A stretch of 64,000 bases of DNA from the NCBI GenBank assembly GCA_002011035.2, contig MTLY02000001.1, positions 96,001 to 160,000 of the forward strand. The letters are read 5' to 3'. Of this stretch, positions 29,002 to 38,652 are shown piece by piece; position 1 is the first letter of the stretch; each line of letters starts with the position of its first letter. The stretch comes from Candidatus Hecatella orcuttiae (lineage in GTDB: Archaea; Thermoproteota; Bathyarchaeia; Hecatellales; Hecatellaceae). Position numbers and translations under genes: made by a program. The notes beneath the pieces are model-generated. The model did no database searches and had not been told where the DNA came from. It saw only the letters and a program-made list of their open reading frames with translations.

Positions 29002-30444
29002 TCACACTTTTATTTGGTACTTTTTTTGTAGTTCCGCTATTTTTTGTTCCACTTCTCTCGGAAGGGGTTCAGGTTTATGGGTGCTTAAAATTTCTTCTAC
29101 TTTCTCATGGGCTCTCTGAGTAAAAGATTTTGATCCCAGTTCCATCCATTTTTCTCGTCGATGTTTTTCGAAAATGCCGTCTTTTCTAGGTCGATGTTCT
29201 TTCGCGTACCAGTTTAAGGTATGCCGCTGATCGAGGAAATGTCCTACCCGTCTTTTTCCGTCAATCTTCCTGCAGACTTTTTCGATCACTTCTACGGCTA
29301 AAGTGTCTGAATTTACTTCAATTCCGTCCAGTATGCGCTGAGTAGCTGTCACCATGTCATCTAAGAGAAGCAATAATTCGTTGTTGAAAGCGCGGGAGGA
29401 GTCTAGCCCATGGGTTACAACCAGTCTGCTTCCGCCCAACATCTGAGTTAGAAGCAGAAAGCCAAGCTCATAGCTTTCCTGTAAGTCCAGCAGTTTGGAG
29501 TCAGGTATGACAGGTGTCACGATGGGTATTCCTAGGTACTCTTCTATCTGACCGATGGCGCATGCGTAAAGAAAGTTTCCATGAGACGCGAAATTGACGG
29601 CGCCTGTTTTCTGGTCGAAGGTTTCATGCACATCAACCCATATGATGGGCATTCCCCTGTTCAACAACTGCAGAACGACAGCCCCGCTCAGAAACTCAGC
29701 CATCTTCTGGGCGATGTCTCCGGCGACCGTCACCGGACCTGTGTCTCCCATGGGAGCCTCAGTGGATATGGCGGGAATAATTCCCCACCTAGCGGTCGCC
29801 TTGAGCATAGCGCATCCTTCTTTATTCCAGATGAGAGGTGAGATGCAACAGTAGTTGACCGTCAGCAGTGGCCTCCTTTTCAGCTCATCCTCACCGCCAG
29901 CCATCTCCACGGCCAGCTGGTAGGTCGGCTCGACGGATTTGGGTTCAAAATTGATGACGCATACGGGTTTTGTGGTGTTGCGGATGCCTAATATGAAATC
30001 GCCGAACATGTACATGTCTTCGAATTCAGGTATCATGGAAAGCATCCAAACGCCGTTTACTGTGCTGAGGTGGTCGCAGAGTCTGACAAATCGCGCCACA
30101 TCATCTTTCGTCGGAGTTCTGTAAGTGTTGGATACGCAGTCAAAATAATTGTAAGAAACTAAAGGGATAATGTATGGGTATTTCTGCCTTCCAACTTGCA
30201 TGTCACAAGACGGATTCCTGCCACATAAGGTGACTTCTTTCGGTGTGGAATTTAAACAGTCTCTAACCAGCCACTCCGGAAAATACACTATCCTGTTGGA
30301 GTCTACATCGCAGCCGTTATTCGCGAGAAGCTTTATGATTCCCTCATCTTCTATGTTAACCCCCACCTTTTTAAGCAGATATAAGGCGGTGGTGTAGATG
30401 GTGTCTAATTCTTCTTTTCCAAGAACCTTAAGTCTCGGCTTCAC
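29002..30444 (-). CDS. Second MttB-superfamily methyltransferase, non-pyrrolysine, divergent from the first
   Basis: ISPL, GDTGPVTVAG, DQKTG, DSK..DLQ..YE, GHFL...HT, RA.EKV.EIL..H.P.PL. Confidence 0.88.
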   Translation of the reverse strand: MKPRLKVLGKEELDTIYTTALYLLKKVGVNIEDEGIIKLLANNGCDVDSNRIVYFPEWLVRDCLNSTPKEVTLCGRNPSCDMQVGRQKYPYIIPLVSYNYFDCVSNTYRTPTKDDVARFVRLCDHLSTVNGVWMLSMIPEFEDMYMFGDFILGIRNTTKPVCVINFEPKSVEPTYQLAVEMAGGEDELKRRPLLTVNYCCISPLIWNKEGCAMLKATARWGIIPAISTEAPMGDTGPVTVAGDIAQKMAEFLSGAVVLQLLNRGMPIIWVDVHETFDQKTGAVNFASHGNFLYACAIGQIEEYLGIPIVTPVIPDSKLLDLQESYELGFLLLTQMLGGSRLVVTHGLDSSRAFNNELLLLLDDMVTATQRILDGIEVNSDTLAVEVIEKVCRKIDGKRRVGHFLDQRHTLNWYAKEHRPRKDGIFEKHRREKWMELGSKSFTQRAHEKVEEILSTHKPEPLPREVEQKIAELQKKYQIKV

Positions 30445-30447
30445 CTT

Positions 30448-31107
30448 CTACCGTCTCCCAGCCTCGCAGATTTCTCTTATTATTCTTACTCCCTCAGAGG
30501 CGTCCACAGCGTAGAAGTCGCACCCAATTTCCTCTGCCCACTCTCTGTCCGTTGCTCCGCCTCCTATGATGGTTTTGACCTTCTCTCTAATTCCTGTCTC
30601 CTTCAATTTTTCTTCGATTATTTTTTGCTGAGGTCTTGAAGTTGTCAGAAGAGCTGAAGAAGCAACTATGTCGGCGTTAACTTCAGCAGCCTTTCTGGCG
30701 AAATTTTCAGCCGGCTGATCTATTCCGATGTCGTGGACTTCAAACCCTGAAGCCTCCAGTAGAGCTTTGACAATGTCTTTTCCTATGTTGTGAATGTCTC
30801 CTTTCACGGTTCCTATAACTATCACTCCTTTAGGTTTACCTGCCTCCGTTTTTGATTCCAGTATTTTCCGCTTAACTATTTCAACTCCTGCGATGCAGGC
30901 ATTAGCCGCCAACATCAGCTCTGTCAAGAATATTTTTTCTTCACCGAAGAGGTTGCCGACCTCTGTGATGGCTTTAGCCAGCCCTTTGTTCATGACTTCT
31001 AGGGGGCTAAGTCCGCTTTCCAAAGCTTCCTTGACGAGTTTGGCCACGGCTTCTTCATCGTAGTCTAGAATGGCTTTTCGTATGGATTCAAAAAAATTAA
31101 CAGCCAT
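30448..31107 (-). CDS. Corrinoid (B12-binding) protein
   Basis: GTVKGDIHNIGK, SALLTT, IIGGG. Confidence 0.93.
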   Translation of the reverse strand: MAVNFFESIRKAILDYDEEAVAKLVKEALESGLSPLEVMNKGLAKAITEVGNLFGEEKIFLTELMLAANACIAGVEIVKRKILESKTEAGKPKGVIVIGTVKGDIHNIGKDIVKALLEASGFEVHDIGIDQPAENFARKAAEVNADIVASSALLTTSRPQQKIIEEKLKETGIREKVKTIIGGGATDREWAEEIGCDFYAVDASEGVRIIREICEAGRR

Positions 31108-31142
31108 ATTTCATTTACCTGTCCAAGATTATTGCGTGAAGA

Positions 31143-31919
31143 TCAGCCGGTTTCGCCGCCTGCGAAGGGCCCATAACCCAGCGTGATACCTCCGTCGATA
31201 ACCAGTATCGCTCCTGTCATGTAGGTGGAGTCGTCTGAGGCGAGATAGACGGCGAGTTTGGCTATTTCCTCAGGTTTTCCGAATCTTCTCATGGGATTGG
31301 CTTTTATGAGTTTCTGGAGAAGTTCCTCCGGTACGGATTCCATGAGCATAGGGGTTTCAACTTGCCCGGGACAGATGCAATTAACCCGGATATTATACTT
31401 AGCATAGTCTATGGCCATGCATTGAGAGAGATCGATCACACCCGCCTTGGAGGCACAGTAGGCGGAGTATTGAGCCCCACCTCTTAAGCCTGCTATGGAG
31501 CCTATGTTGATTATCACTCCACCCCCATGTTTTACCATATCTGGAAGTGCTTGTTTAGAGCATAGGAAGACTCCCTTCAAGTTTACGTCTAAGCATTTAT
31601 CCCAAGCTTCTTCGGAAGTGTCCAGTACACTTCCAGCGATGCCTACACCCGCATTGTTCACGAGAATGTCAACTCTTCCATACTTTTCTATGCAGGTATC
31701 TACAAGCTTCTTTACGTCAGAAGACTTGGATACGTCGGCTTCGACGAAAGTTGCCTCCCCTTCCGCTTTTGAGATCAGCTGAACGGTTTCTTCTCCGCCT
31801 TTCCGGTTGATATCGGAAACCACAACCTTTGCTCCTTCCTGAGCGAATGTGAGAGCTATGGCTCTGCCTATCCCGGAGCTTGCTCCAGTTACTATGGCTA
31901 CTTTACCTTTCAATTTCAT
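31143..31919 (-). CDS. Short-chain dehydrogenase/reductase
   Basis: TGASSGIG, NNAG, YCASK, NCICPG; Asp after beta-2 suggests NAD(H). Confidence 0.93.
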   Translation of the reverse strand: MKLKGKVAIVTGASSGIGRAIALTFAQEGAKVVVSDINRKGGEETVQLISKAEGEATFVEADVSKSSDVKKLVDTCIEKYGRVDILVNNAGVGIAGSVLDTSEEAWDKCLDVNLKGVFLCSKQALPDMVKHGGGVIINIGSIAGLRGGAQYSAYCASKAGVIDLSQCMAIDYAKYNIRVNCICPGQVETPMLMESVPEELLQKLIKANPMRRFGKPEEIAKLAVYLASDDSTYMTGAILVIDGGITLGYGPFAGGETG

Positions 31920-31929
31920 GAAACTTTCC

Positions 31930-34212
31930 TCACCTTTTTCTTAAAGCTTCCATTATTTTTTCCGGCGTTATGGGCAGTTCTTTTATTCTCACCTTTACAG
32001 CATTGTAGACGGCGTTGGCTATGGCTGGGGCGCTGGTGACCATGCCGCTTTCGCCGACACCCTTTTGCCCTAGAAGAGTCACCGGGTCGATGGTTTCCAC
32101 TATCAGGGATTGGATGTCTGGGAGGTCCGCTGCGGTGGGAATCTTGTAATCTGTGAAGTTTGGGTTAAACGGGTGGCCTGATTCAGCATTATAAACAAGG
32201 CCTTCAAAGAGGCCGTAGCCTATTCCTTGGGCTGTTCCTCCTTGAAGCTGCTGTTCAACGATTTCAGGATTCAAAGCCCGGCCCACATCGTCTGCGGTCA
32301 CATATTTAACAAGTTTCACATGGCCGGTTTCAGGCGAAACCTCCACAAGCACAGCGTGGGCTGCGAAGCCGTAAGTGGCGCAGCAGTTCCCGCAGCCGTT
32401 CTCGTCAAAGGGCACAGAGGGGGGGTCGTAGACGCCTCTTCCTATGATAGGGCCTACTATTCCCCTTTTCTTGGAGAAGTAGGCGGTGGAGGCAACCTCC
32501 CCTACCGTCACGGCTCTATCTGGGTCGTCTTTGACGAAGATTTTTCCTCCTCCCACCTCCAAGCTCTCGGAGGGTGTCTCCAGAATTTCAGCCGCCACCT
32601 CCAGCATCCTTTTTTTAGCGTCTGCCGCAGCGAGTTTGACGGCGCTGCCAGCCATAGTAGCAGACCTGCTTCCCCAAGCACCTAGGCATGGTGGAGTGGC
32701 GTCAGTGTCCGCGGCTACAACGGAGATATTTTCCATCGGTATTCCTAACTCCTCAGCGACTATCTGTGCTAGAACGGTGTAGAGGCCTGTTCCAAGGTCA
32801 CAGGAACCTGTGAACAGCATCGCCGTGCCGTCTTCGTTAACCTGCACGATGGCTGAAGAGTAGTCGGCGTCGAATCCCGGAAGCCACTTTCCACCGGTCC
32901 AAGTCATGGCGCAGGATACACCTATTCCTTGGTTGGGCTTCAGTTTCTCCCTTCCCACAGCCTCCAAGGCTTTTGTCAGGCATTCCTCTATGCCGCAGCT
33001 GTTTATTATCAAGCCGTTGGCGGTGGTGTAAGGGAGGTCCTCGGGCTTTATCAGATTAATCCTTCTGAATTCCACAGGGTCCATTCCCATTTCGTGAGCG
33101 GCGATGTCCAGCAGAGACTCTCTGGCAAAGGTAACCTGCGGGTTGCCGAATCCCCGAAATGCCCCGGAGGGGGCCTTGTTGGTATACACTATGTAGCTGT
33201 CGATCCAGAGATTGGGTATCTTGTAAGGCCCCACGGTGAAAGCCTGTGCCATGTAGGCGACGCCAAGCCCAAAACTAGCGTAGGCACCCGTGTCCAAGAT
33301 CGCTCTATTTCTCAGCGCTGTGATTTTCCCGTCTTTCCCCACGCCTATTTCCATTTCCATGATCATGGGGTGACGTGTTCTGGTGAGCATCTCCTCCTCT
33401 CTGCTGAGCACCATCTTCACAGGTTTCCCCGTCTTCATGGACAGTAAAGCAGCGCAGGCATCTAACGGGTAGTCGGACTTTATGCCGAAGCCTCCCCCCA
33501 TCCCTTCAGGCTTGGTGACTCTGACCTTACTCTCCGGTAGGCCTAGGGTGCCGGCGAGGTCTAGTCGAAGGATGTGGGGAGTATGGGTGCTGGACCAATG
33601 GGTCAGTTTACCGCTGACAGGATCGTAGTGAGATAGGGCGCAGTGAGGTTCTATAGGTGTGGGAGACTGTTTTGAGGTGACAAATCTTTCCTTGAACACG
33701 CGGTCAGACTCTTTGAATCCCTTTTCCACATCTCCAGCTCGAAGCTTTGCGTGATGGGTGTTATTCTTCACTCCATCATGTATTTGCGGTGCACCGGGTT
33801 TCATGGCTTCCTCCGCATCGTAGACAGCCGGTAAGACCTCATACTTTACATCTATCAGCTCTACAGCTTCTTCAGCTACATCCTCGCTTACAGCTGCCAC
33901 AGCAACTATTTCGTCCCCCACATGGCGAGCTTTGTCCTTTAAAACGTATTCGTCCTTTATCGTCGTCGGCCCGCTGGGTTTGGTTTTGGCGATAACTTCT
34001 TGGGGGGTTAAAATCGCTTTAACTCCAGGGAGCCTTTCCGCTTTACTGGCATCTACGCTGAGCACCTTGGCGTGAGGGTAGGGGCTTCTGAGAATTTTAC
34101 CCCACAACATGCCGGGAACAAAAAGGTCTTCCACATACTTGCAGGCGCCGGTAACCTTCGAAACAGCGTCTATTCGCTGCACTCGTTTACCTATAAACCT
34201 AAATTCTTTCAT
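31930..34212 (-). CDS. Xanthine oxidase family molybdopterin-binding large subunit
   Basis: LRSPYPHA, GGGFG.K, AFRGFGNPQ, WGSR, QLQGG, KGVGE. Confidence 0.93.
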   Translation of the reverse strand: MKEFRFIGKRVQRIDAVSKVTGACKYVEDLFVPGMLWGKILRSPYPHAKVLSVDASKAERLPGVKAILTPQEVIAKTKPSGPTTIKDEYVLKDKARHVGDEIVAVAAVSEDVAEEAVELIDVKYEVLPAVYDAEEAMKPGAPQIHDGVKNNTHHAKLRAGDVEKGFKESDRVFKERFVTSKQSPTPIEPHCALSHYDPVSGKLTHWSSTHTPHILRLDLAGTLGLPESKVRVTKPEGMGGGFGIKSDYPLDACAALLSMKTGKPVKMVLSREEEMLTRTRHPMIMEMEIGVGKDGKITALRNRAILDTGAYASFGLGVAYMAQAFTVGPYKIPNLWIDSYIVYTNKAPSGAFRGFGNPQVTFARESLLDIAAHEMGMDPVEFRRINLIKPEDLPYTTANGLIINSCGIEECLTKALEAVGREKLKPNQGIGVSCAMTWTGGKWLPGFDADYSSAIVQVNEDGTAMLFTGSCDLGTGLYTVLAQIVAEELGIPMENISVVAADTDATPPCLGAWGSRSATMAGSAVKLAAADAKKRMLEVAAEILETPSESLEVGGGKIFVKDDPDRAVTVGEVASTAYFSKKRGIVGPIIGRGVYDPPSVPFDENGCGNCCATYGFAAHAVLVEVSPETGHVKLVKYVTADDVGRALNPEIVEQQLQGGTAQGIGYGLFEGLVYNAESGHPFNPNFTDYKIPTAADLPDIQSLIVETIDPVTLLGQKGVGESGMVTSAPAIANAVYNAVKVRIKELPITPEKIMEALRKR

Positions 34213-34218
34213 GGAGAA

Positions 34219-34695
34219 TTAACCCTTCCTCATCCTCTCCGCTGCTGCGGAAATAGCGTCGATGATTTTCGTGTAGCCCGTGCATCTGCAGAGGTTTCCT
34301 TTAACGTACTCTCTTATCACTTCCCTTGTAGGGTTCGGGTTCTCTTCCAGTAAAGCCTTCGCCACGAGCACAAAGCCGGGTGTACAGTAGCCGCACTGGA
34401 TTGCGCCTCGCCTTACGAACTCTTCCTGCAAGGGATGCAGTTTTCCGCCTTTACCTAGCCCTTCTATGGTTAAGATATTTCTACCATCTACCGCCACTGC
34501 CAGAGTCAAACAAGATAGCACAGGTTCCCCGTCAACCAGCACGGTGCAAGCGCCGCACTCGCCGCTTCCACAGCCGTATTTCGCTCCTGTTAATCCTAGG
34601 TCATTCCTCAAAACTTCCAGCAAAGTTTTATGAGGATCTACCGAGACTTCGCAAACCTCGCCGTTGACGTTCAGCTTTATAAGACTTTTCGCCAA
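34219..34695 (-). CDS. Xanthine oxidase family 2x[2Fe-2S] small subunit
   Basis: GCGSGECGACTV, QCGYCTPG, NLCRCTGY. Confidence 0.95.
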   Translation of the reverse strand: MAKSLIKLNVNGEVCEVSVDPHKTLLEVLRNDLGLTGAKYGCGSGECGACTVLVDGEPVLSCLTLAVAVDGRNILTIEGLGKGGKLHPLQEEFVRRGAIQCGYCTPGFVLVAKALLEENPNPTREVIREYVKGNLCRCTGYTKIIDAISAAAERMRKG

Positions 34696-34969
34696 TAGCT
34701 CTTTTACCCCAGAAGCTTCTACGGTTAGAAGCGAATTTAAGCTTTTCGAGAAATTGATTTTACCTCCGGGTCCGTCGATTTAGAAATCCGTCTGACAAAC
34801 TAAACAGCCCATTAGAAATTAGTGCGTCAATAAGACCCGCAGAAATGTTTCTCCGATTAAACACTGTTCCACTTTTCTGACCCTGCAGTGCAAGTGCTGG
34901 GCTTGAAGGGGGGGTCTTAATCTTTAAATACCAAGCTTCACGAAACCTCTAATAATCGGTGCAATTCAC

Positions 34970-35851
34970 TTGACCACCAGAACTTTAAGCAGGTTTGAGT
35001 ATTTGGAACCGAGGTCGGTGCAGGAGGCTGTTCGACTGCTTGCCGAGCATAATGGGGAAATTAAAGTTTTAGCCGGAGGCACTGATTTGCTGGTTTCTAT
35101 GAAACTGAGGAGGCTGAAGCCCAGATACTTGGTTAGCATTATGAAAATTCCAGGGCTTCAGGGGATGAGTTTCAACCCTGAATCAGGTTTACGCATCGGG
35201 GCGGCGACGACCATACGCAGTTTAGAGCGATCAGCTCTGATAGCTCAGCATTATCCTCTGCTCAGCGACGCCGCCAAGTCTTTTGCCTCGGTTCAGGTTA
35301 GGAACATGGCTACCTTAGGAGGAAACATTTGCAGCGCTTCCCCCGGAGCCGACTTTGCCACTTCCCTCTTAGCTTTGAACACTCAGGTGAAAATCGTTGG
35401 ACCTGATGGTGAACGCACCGCATCCCTAGAAGGGTTCTTCACCGGACCGGACCGATGCGCTTTCAGGCCTGATGAGATTCTGACAGAGTTCCTCATTCCT
35501 TCACCTAAGCCTAAAACTGGAAGCGCTTTCATGAAGTTGGGCCGGGTGAGCATGGATCTTGCAAAAGTGAACGCGGCGGTCGTCCTCACGGTGGACGGAG
35601 ATTTCTGCAAGGATGTGAGCATCGCCTTGGGAGCAGCGGCTCCGACTCCTATGAAAGCTAGGAAAGCTGAGGCGGTGTTAAGAGGCCGGAAGCTTACAAA
35701 TGAGGCTATAGAGAAAGCTGCTCAAGCAGCCTCAGCTGAAGCCCAACCTCGAACCAGCTTCAGATCCACCGCCCAATACAAGCGAGAGGCGATAAAAGTC
35801 TTGGTGCGACATTGCTTGATGCTGGCTTTTGAGCGAAAACCGTCTAAGTAA
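34970..35851 (+). CDS. Xanthine oxidase family FAD-binding medium subunit
   Basis: LAGGTDL, IGAATT, QVRNMATLGGNI..ASP.AD. Confidence 0.93.
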   Translation: MTTRTLSRFEYLEPRSVQEAVRLLAEHNGEIKVLAGGTDLLVSMKLRRLKPRYLVSIMKIPGLQGMSFNPESGLRIGAATTIRSLERSALIAQHYPLLSDAAKSFASVQVRNMATLGGNICSASPGADFATSLLALNTQVKIVGPDGERTASLEGFFTGPDRCAFRPDEILTEFLIPSPKPKTGSAFMKLGRVSMDLAKVNAAVVLTVDGDFCKDVSIALGAAAPTPMKARKAEAVLRGRKLTNEAIEKAAQAASAEAQPRTSFRSTAQYKREAIKVLVRHCLMLAFERKPSK

Positions 35852-36105
35852 TGCGAATTTACACTTCACAACTGTTCGGTGGGAACAAATTGAGGATTCG
35901 CCTTGTCGACTCGTCGACCAACACCAGTAGAATCGTAACCTCCCGAAAAGAGTTGGAGGAAACCATTGGGCGGAGGGTCTGCTGGCTGGCTTTAAAAGAG
36001 CCTAGCGGCTACCGGAAGGTTTACTTGCATGAAGTAACGAGATTGGAAAACGAAGAAGAAGTCTACCTCATGTTTCCGGTGAGAGGGGGAACAACTGAGA
36101 TTTAA
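35851..36105 (+). CDS. MoaD/ThiS/SAMP-like ubiquitin-fold protein with GG followed by TTEI
   Basis: C-terminal LENEEEVYLMFPVRGG resembles the MoaD/SAMP end (L.DGDEV...PPV.GG); TAATG overlap with the upstream stop. Confidence 0.55.
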   Translation: MRIYTSQLFGGNKLRIRLVDSSTNTSRIVTSRKELEETIGRRVCWLALKEPSGYRKVYLHEVTRLENEEEVYLMFPVRGGTTEI

Positions 36106-36180
36106 CTAGCTCGGCATAGAAGTGTTAAAAGCACTCTATCAAAAGACTTTTATATCCATATTGTAGGAATATAAGACAAG

Positions 36181-37710
36181 GTGTCTGTTTTGTCTTCGGA
36201 AAAAAATGTGAGTCAATCGCGTAGATCTGCCATGAAATACGGTGCAGCCGCCGTGGTTGCGGCGGTGGTGGCTGGTGTGGGCGGTTACGCCGCCTGGCAG
36301 GCTACAAGGCCGGCTCCAGCCCCCACACCGACGCCTGCACCGACGCCTACGCCGACGCCCACACCCACGCCAACACCGGCGCCCACACCGACTCCCACCC
36401 CAACACCGACGCCTACACCCACTCCCGCGCCTGTCCGTAAGATTGATTTCGACATCCCCCCCGACGCCATAGTGGAGCCTATCTATCTCAACACATGGCC
36501 GTTTAGGCCTGACATCGTCCGCGAAAACACGGAGCGGTTCAACGAGCAATATGGAGAAAAGGCGGAGATGGTGGAGATCACCGGTGACTATCACGCCATA
36601 ATGACATCTAAGCTTCAAGCAAAAGCACCACTGGACATATTCTACGGGTCCCTGTACCATCTCGCCCGGTATGCGTCTGCAGGATGGCTTGAATACATCG
36701 ACGACCTTCCAACTCTGGAAGACTACAAACGGGACGTCTACCCCAAGTACCGGGAAGCCCACTACGACCCGATGACAGGCCATTATTATGGCTTAGTCTA
36801 CTACGATGGCTGGAGAACCCTCCTGACCAATCAGGCTATCTTGGAAGAGGCGGGGATGGCCGACGACTACCCGAGAAACTGGGACGAAGTCTACGAAAAT
36901 GCTAGGGAATTAAAGCGGCGGGGATACACCGATACTCCTCTCGGGCTATGGTGGCAAGCTGATTGGTGGATTGGCGCCGAGCAGTTTGCGGCTGAACATC
37001 TGAACGAAGGCTTCACCCTCATCGACGAAAATTTTGAACCTGCCTTCGAGGGAACGGACTACATCTTGCAACGGTGGAAGGACGCTTACGATGAAGGCCT
37101 CGTCCCCAAGGAGCTGCCCGCCATGAGCTGGGGTGACTACTTCACCTTCCTGTTGAGCGGAAAAGCCGCCTACTTCTACACGGAATCCTACAACATAGCC
37201 GTCTTCAACGACCCGGCTAGGTCTCCCTATGCGGGAAAGTGCAGCCTAGTGCCCAGTACACCTAAGTACATCTTCGGCCACACCAAAGGAGGCGACGCTT
37301 ACCTTGTGGCAAAGAGACCTCGCGACGATGTACAGCTCTCCCGGGTCTTCAGATTCCTGTCCTACCTAGGCTACAGGGATAAATTTGGGGAACTCTATGT
37401 TTCGAAAAGGTGGAACCTAGAGTCCTACTTGTCATCGGTGTTCCCTGAAGTAAACGAAGACCCTGAAGTTGTAGCAAAGTTTGTAAATAAAGCCACAACC
37501 TACAGAGGCGAAGTAGACTACGAACGCTACACTTACGGATTTGCAAACGCCCCTTACATCCACTGGTGGAAAGCTTTCTGGGCTATCGACTTCATCATCA
37601 AAATCGTGGAAAGAGTACCCCGAGCGATATTGGGCGAAGTATCCATCCCTGAAACAGTGGAAGCGCTCAGAAACGACGTTATTAGCCTCAAAAAGATGTA
37701 CGGCATGTAA
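36181..37710 (+). CDS. Carbohydrate-type ABC substrate-binding protein with RR/TM/Pro-Thr N-terminus
   Basis: SRRSAMKYG..., PT linker, YYGLVY, P.NWDE; followed by two EAA-motif permeases. Confidence 0.87.
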   Translation: MSVLSSEKNVSQSRRSAMKYGAAAVVAAVVAGVGGYAAWQATRPAPAPTPTPAPTPTPTPTPTPTPAPTPTPTPTPTPTPTPAPVRKIDFDIPPDAIVEPIYLNTWPFRPDIVRENTERFNEQYGEKAEMVEITGDYHAIMTSKLQAKAPLDIFYGSLYHLARYASAGWLEYIDDLPTLEDYKRDVYPKYREAHYDPMTGHYYGLVYYDGWRTLLTNQAILEEAGMADDYPRNWDEVYENARELKRRGYTDTPLGLWWQADWWIGAEQFAAEHLNEGFTLIDENFEPAFEGTDYILQRWKDAYDEGLVPKELPAMSWGDYFTFLLSGKAAYFYTESYNIAVFNDPARSPYAGKCSLVPSTPKYIFGHTKGGDAYLVAKRPRDDVQLSRVFRFLSYLGYRDKFGELYVSKRWNLESYLSSVFPEVNEDPEVVAKFVNKATTYRGEVDYERYTYGFANAPYIHWWKAFWAIDFIIKIVERVPRAILGEVSIPETVEALRNDVISLKKMYGM

Positions 37711-37737
37711 CTGTCAAATGAGGAAGCTAGTACAGGG

Positions 37738-38652
37738 ATGAGGAAGCCGCAGCGATCGAAGCCCAGAGTTACAAGCGACCAAACCTTTGCGATATACCTA
37801 CTCCTCCCCCTAATTTTTTTCACTATGGCACTGGTCATCTATCCACTGTCTTACTCGTTATGGTTATCGTTTCAAGAGCAAATTTGGATTGGAGGCTTAC
37901 GCTATGTCTTCGGCGGATTAACCCAGTATGCTAAGGCTTTGAAAGACCCCCTATTTATCAACTCGATCCCCATAACTTTTCGGTTTGTCGGCGAATCAGT
38001 CACATTAGCTGTGCTGATAGGGTTAGGCATAGCCTTAGCGTTAAATCAGCCTCTCCAAGGGAGAAAGGTAATAAGAGCTTTAATCCTCCTCCCTTGGGCC
38101 ATCTCAGAATTTGCAACAGGAATAATATGGTCTTTCGTCTACAAGAGGGATGTAGGTCTTCTAAACGCCATGCTGAAAGCTTTAGGGATCATCGAAAGCG
38201 ACATCGTGTGGATAACCCCCAAGTTTGCCATCGAAACCGTCTCCATAGCCTTCGCGTGGCATATGGCCCCCTTGGCAGCGTTCTTTTTCCTAGCAGGACT
38301 GCAGTTCATTCCCACGGACCTCTACCGTCAGGCTCGAATCGACGGAGCCGGTGTTGTCCGCCGCTTCTTAAGCGTAACACTTCCTCATTTGAAGTATTCT
38401 ATGCTGGTGATAACTATTCTCATCACGGTGATGACAGCTAGAAGCTTGGACACTATTTTGACCTTGACGGGCGGCGGGCCTGGGTTCGCATCCAGCACCT
38501 TCACCAACATCGTGTATGTGAGAACCTTTAAGGAGTTGCAGTTTGCATACGGGGCTGCTTTATCGTGGTATGTCATTCTCATCGTCGTTATCTTGGTGAT
38601 TGTGATGTTCATGTTAATGACCAAGGGATTTGCTCGTGGGGGGAGACGGTAA
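37738..38652 (+). CDS. Carbohydrate ABC permease (MalF-like)
   Basis: YPL.YS..LSF, LLPWA, G.LN..L, AGLQ.IP.DLY..A.IDGA, LTGGGPG. Confidence 0.92.
   Translation: MRKPQRSKPRVTSDQTFAIYLLLPLIFFTMALVIYPLSYSLWLSFQEQIWIGGLRYVFGGLTQYAKALKDPLFINSIPITFRFVGESVTLAVLIGLGIALALNQPLQGRKVIRALILLPWAISEFATGIIWSFVYKRDVGLLNAMLKALGIIESDIVWITPKFAIETVSIAFAWHMAPLAAFFFLAGLQFIPTDLYRQARIDGAGVVRRFLSVTLPHLKYSMLVITILITVMTARSLDTILTLTGGGPGFASSTFTNIVYVRTFKELQFAYGAALSWYVILIVVILVIVMFMLMTKGFARGGRR

Noticed and set aside
8103-30444. Pyrrolysine-dependent trimethylamine methyltransferases or methanogenesis
   Set aside because: Neither MttB has an in-frame TAG, and there are no pyl, mcr or mtr genes in the window.
31930-34212. 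Aerobic CO dehydrogenase CoxL
   Set aside because: The active-site loop is AFRGFG, not AYxCSFR (form I) or AYRGAGR (form II).
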